Assembly (NCBI RefSeq): GCF_009914755.1 | Contig: NC_060935.1 | Reading direction: 5' to 3' (one strand) | From: the human T2T-CHM13v2.0 reference genome, Homo sapiens | Length of the DNA: 64,000 nucleotides | Translations under genes and position numbers: made by a program | Shown here: positions 59,078-64,000 of the stretch, piece by piece | Position numbering within the stretch: position 1 is the stretch's first letter | How the letters are laid out: the number at the start of each line of letters is the position of its first letter | The notes under the pieces: generated by a model | Databases searched by the model: none | What the model was told of the DNA's origin: nothing | The model's input: the letters and a program-made list of their open reading frames with translations, nothing else

Positions 59078-60616
59078 CAAATTGGAAAAAACTACTTTAA
59101 ATTTCATATGGAACCAAAAAAGAGCTGGCATAGCCAAGACAATCCTAAGCAAAAAGAACAAAGCTGGAGGCATCATGCTACCTGACTTCAAACTATACTA
59201 TAAGGCTACAGTAACCAAAACAGCATGGTACTGTTTTGGTACTGGTACCAAAACAGATATATAGACCAATGGAACAGATCAGAAATCAGATTAGAAATAA
59301 CCACACATCTGCAACCATCTCATCTTTGACAAACCTGACAAAAACAAGAAATGGGGAAAGGATTCCCTATTTAATAAATGGTGTTGGGAAAACTGGCTAG
59401 CCAAATGCAGAAAGCTGAAACTGGATCCCTTCCTTACACCTTACAGAAAAATTAACTCAAGATGGATTAAAGACTTAAATGTAAGACCTAAAACCATAAA
59501 AACTCTTGAAGAAAACCTAGGCAATACCATTTAGGACACAGGCATGGGCAAAGACTTCATGACTAAAACACCAAAAGCAATGGCAACAAAAGCCAAAAAA
59601 CACAAATGCGATCTAATTAAACTAAGGAACTTCTGACAGCAAAAGAAACTGTCATCAAAGTGAACAGGCAAACTACAGAATGGGAGATAAATTTTGCAAT
59701 TTACTCATCTGACAAATGGCTAATATCCAGAATCTAAAATGAACTTAAACAAGTTCACAAGAAAAAAACAACCTCATCAAAAAGTGGGCAGAGGATATGA
59801 ACAGACACTTCTCAAAAGAAGACATTTATGCAGCCAACAAACAAATGAAAAAATGCTCATCATCACTCGTCATTAGAGAAATGCAAATCAAAACCACAAT
59901 GAGATACCATCTCACACCAGTTAGGATGATGATCATGAAAAAGTCAGGAAACAACAGATGCTGGAGAGGATATGGAGAAATAGGAACCCTCTTACACTGT
60001 TGGTGGCAGTGTAAATTAGTTCAACCATTGTGGAATATAGTGTGGTGATTCCTCAAGGATCTAGAACTAGAAATACCATTTGACTCAGCAATCCCATTAC
60101 TGGGTATATACCCAAAGGATTATAAATCATTCTACTCTAAAGACACATGCACACATATGTTTATTGTGGCAATGTTCACAATAGCAAAGACCTGGAACCA
60201 ACCCAAATACCCATCAATGATATACTTGATAAAGAAATTGTGGCTCATATACACCATGGAATACTATGCAGCCATAAAAAAGGATGAGTTCATGTCCTTT
60301 GCAGGGACATGAATGAAGCTGGAAACCATCATTCTCAGCAAACTAACACAGGAACAGAAAAACAAACACCACACGTTCTCACTCATAAGTGGGAGATGAA
60401 CTATGAGAACACATGGACACAGGGAGGGGAACATCACACACTGGGGCCTGTTGGGGGTGGCGGGCTAGGGGAGGGATAGCATTAGGAGAAATACCTAATG
60501 TAGATGACGGGTTGATGGGTGCAGCAAACCACCATGGCACATGTATACCTATGTAACAAACCTGCATGTTCTGCACATATACCCCAGAACTTAAAGTATA
60601 ATAAAAAAAAAAAAAA
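59078..60616 (+). mobile_element. 5'-truncated L1PA (about 1.5 kb: ORF2 C-terminus, 3' UTR, poly-A)
   Basis: ORF2 peptides [14 protein letters not shown]... and [14 protein letters not shown]...; G-rich 3' UTR and poly-A; ORF disrupted. Confidence 0.95.
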
Positions 60617-60865
60617 GTTTGTTCAGTGGTCTTCAAATTAATTGACACTTTTTGAACTTTTCTAGGAATGTACTTGGAGCACCAGTAGTGCTATATGTAG
60701 AAACCCTGCCCTGTGAAATAACATTGTAGGAATTTGTTCAATTTATGAAGATCACCTAGCCTTTAAGTATGAGACTCCTATAAGAGTTATTGTTCTGAAT
60801 GAAAAATAGGTCTGTATTAGTCTTTATACACACACACATACACACATAAACACAAACATCATATA

Positions 60866-61189
60866 CAGTCAGCCCTATGTATCCATGGATCCTACACCCA
60901 CTGATTCAACCAATTGTGGATCAAAAATATTTGAAATAAATAAATAATAACCATACAACAATTAAAATATGGTAAATAAGCAATACAACAACTATTACAC
61001 AGTATTTACATCGTATTAGGTTTTGTAAGTAATATAGAGATTATTTATAGTATATAGGAAGGTGTGCCTAGGTTATATGAAAATACTACCCCATTTTATA
61101 TCAGGGACTTAAGCATCCATATATTTTGCTATCTGCGTGGGGAGTAGGGAACCCAAAATCAATCCCCTATGGATAGTAAGGAACAACTG
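60866..61189 (-). mobile_element. MER2-type Tigger MITE
   Basis: TA|CAGTCAGCCCT...GAACAACTG|TA termini with TA target duplication. Confidence 0.82.
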
Positions 61190-63641
61190 TATATCTATCC
61201 ATTACATTGCCCCAACAATTGAAATAAACAAAACTTCTATTTTACAAGGCACATTAGCTAGTTTTGTAATCCATAAAATAGCTTTCTTGAGATTATTAGA
61301 TCGTCTGGGTCTTTTGACTGCTAATCCAATACTCTGTTAACATTATTAAGTCTCTGATAAAAACCAAATAGTCAGATAAAACACTCATCTGGATTCAGCC
61401 TTAATACATTTCTTATAATTTAGCTAACACATTAGGAGTTGCCCCCTATTTCTTAAAATAATTTTTAGGTAGATGATGGAGAGGGCTTTATCATTTACCT
61501 TCCTTTAATTAAGACATCTTTCCACTTGCTTGAGATAGACTTCATTTTTCATATTAGCTACTAAACATAGGAATCAATTTTATCTGACCTATTTACACAT
61601 GTAGCATTTCTGGTGTTTTCTGGTTTTCACACAGATGGGCCCTTCATTTATTTGCTTGCCTATGATGTTCAACTTGTTCCGTTCTGTGAATAGGGCTATA
61701 AAGAAGAAGAGAGAGTGAAGATAAACTGAGTTCACAGGAAATAAAAAAATAATGGATCTAGTATCACATTTATAACTCTTTATCCTCAGACTCATGTGAT
61801 GAGATAAAGGAACCACTGCAAAGATTTCAAGATAACATGGAGGTTCCTCGGTAACAAGTTAGTGAATAAATACATGCATAAGTTAATGAATGAGTGAATG
61901 AAGTGACCAGAGAAACCTGACTTTGAATCTTGGCTTTTCCACTTAGTACCTAGAAAATTGGGCAAGCTACTTAGCCTTTCTGAGCTTTGGCTTTTTCATG
62001 TACAAGGTGGGAATTGTAATACTTACTTGTAACACTGATCTGAGTTTTAAACATGATGTATATAAAGCAACTATCATATCATTTGGGAAGCAGTGGATTT
62101 CAAAAAAAGTGAAGTGCAGCTGCAGGAAAATTGATGAAATTTAACTTCTATTCATGATTTTTTTAAAAAGATGTCTTTTACCAAACAAAGACTGTATACA
62201 TATAACACAAATATCTATCAATAATAGAATGGATAAATAAAGGATGGTATATTTATACAAGGGATACTGTACAGTAATAAAATGAACTAGAGAGACTAAA
62301 ATTTTATGAATGTCAAAATTATCAGGTGAACAAAATAAGCAAGAAATAAAAAATACAAATGACATCATCCACTTATAGAAAGTTCAAACACATTATATTG
62401 TTTAAGGATAAATACATAAATGTCAAGTGATAATGAAAAACAAAAAAACGATCTTCACAAGAGTCAGGTCAGAAAGAGGTCCATGGGAATCTTCTGGGTT
62501 TGGTGGCATTTTGTTCCTTGATCTTGGCCATTGCTACATGGAATTCATTTTATAATTATTAAACTTTATATGTATTATTTACTTTTCTACATGTGTATTG
62601 TGTCTCCCAATAAAGAATGAGAACAAAAATGTCATTATTATTACAAAGCATTAATTATTTTTAGTTAATGTTCCTTTTCTTTCACAAACACATGACATCT
62701 AAGTCTATATGGGCCCTGAGATTCCCATGTACTCACAAACATTAATGTAATATTTCCTTTTTGATATGAGAATAACAAAGCATCTCAAGTACTCTAAAGC
62801 ACAAATAGGATGGATAGCATGGAACAAATGCTCTGCTGCCAAGAACATTTTGTAGGAATCTATTGGCTTATTTAGAAATTCCCAAAACCTTCTTGGTTCA
62901 AACTAAGGAGAACTTACACTCCCCGTGCATTTAGCACAAGCCCTATCAATTACGTCAACCATGCCCCCAGTATATCAATTGAGACCATCGATTTCTGTTA
63001 TGAATATTTCTTCCTGTCTGTAATTTAGAAAGCAATAAGTTATCAGAAATTTTGTGTAGAAGACACACTATGTTAACAGGTATCCAGGTAGTAATCTTTC
63101 TGACTTGTGTCCTAGAAAACTGCCTGAAGGTCCAGCATACACTAACAAATGGACATGGAGAATGGAACAGGGGCACACAGGTGTGTATCTTCTTTGATCC
63201 CAGTAGGCACTATATGCTCCTAGCCTGCTGCCTGTCTCCTCCTACTCATTAATTCTCAACATTCAGAATCATATAGCAAACTAAGGAACACTGAAATAAG
63301 ACTACTAGACAATTCTGACACCAAAATGTAACTGTTATGTCAATACATATGCTGCAAATATATTCACACATACTTCTCACATATAAACTGTATCCAGGAG
63401 ATGCCAACTATGACTTTAAGATTCCTTAAGGTTATTGAGAGTATGGAAGTCTTGCCATGTGCAGTGAATCTATTATTTCAGTAATGGGGCTAAAATAGGA
63501 TTTTTATTCACCAACTATAATCTAAGAGAACTTCAACAAATAAGGTTTTCTAAAATATTCTCTCTTTTCACTTCTTGAACTGTATGCCAGGCATTTAAAA
63601 TTTATCATCTCATTTAATCTTCCCAACAGCCTAAGAACTAG

Positions 63642-63642
<1 letters not shown>

Positions 63643-63683
<41 letters not shown>

Positions 63684-63890
63684 ATATATAATTATATATA
63701 ATTGAAATACAATATAATATATAATTATATATAATTGAAATACAATATATAATTATATAATTATATTTTATAATTATAATATATAAATATATTATGTATA
63801 ATATATAATTATATAAAATATATTTAATATATAAATATATAATACATAATTATATATACTGATATATATATATATCTCTCTCTCTCTCTC
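63643..63890. repeat. (TA)n / AT-rich low-complexity block inside a minus-strand MIR
   Basis: Direct reading; MIR resumes ACAGATGAGGAAAGTGAGG. Confidence 0.9.
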
Positions 63891-64000
63891 ACAGATGAGG
63901 AAAGTGAGGTTGAAAGAGGTTAAGTAGCTTATCCAAAGAGGTGTCAAGCCATTTAACCAAAGTAAGAATCCAATTCTATTTTTTAATTGACACCATTCTC

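Noticed and set aside
59082-60048. L1 ORF2 peptides as an active retrotransposon
   Set aside because: 5'-truncated, with frameshifts and stops.

Overview
Primate (almost certainly human) genomic DNA from inside the TRPC6 gene, which is transcribed on the minus strand. The window holds three coding exons with canonical AG/GT ends: exon 2 (19775-20549, 775 nt, ankyrin repeats and a His/Cys Zn motif), exon 3 (7274-7456, 183 nt) and exon 4 (4655-4819, 165 nt, pre-S1 region). It also covers about 43 kb of intron 1 and part of intron 4. Non-coding features include the MIR3920 hairpin (35569-35654), a 3'-truncated U4 snRNA retrocopy, a complete MSTA-type MaLR element, solo LTRs, about 15 Alus, L1/L2/MIR remnants, MER2/MER30 DNA transposons and several tandem repeats. 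Almost all other ORFs in the track are repeat artefacts. I found no demonstrably new multi-gene system. The best lead is a nested inverted-Alu cassette clamping the frame-symmetric exon 3, which could drive skipping, circularisation or editing. Further leads are a predicted exon-2 circle ORF, the L2-derived origin of MIR3920, a hairpin-unit minisatellite with one flipped unit, an unexplained 112-bp dispersed duplication and a coding-like orphan fragment near 57.3 kb. Repeat subfamily names and residue numbering come from recalled consensus sequences, not from database searches.
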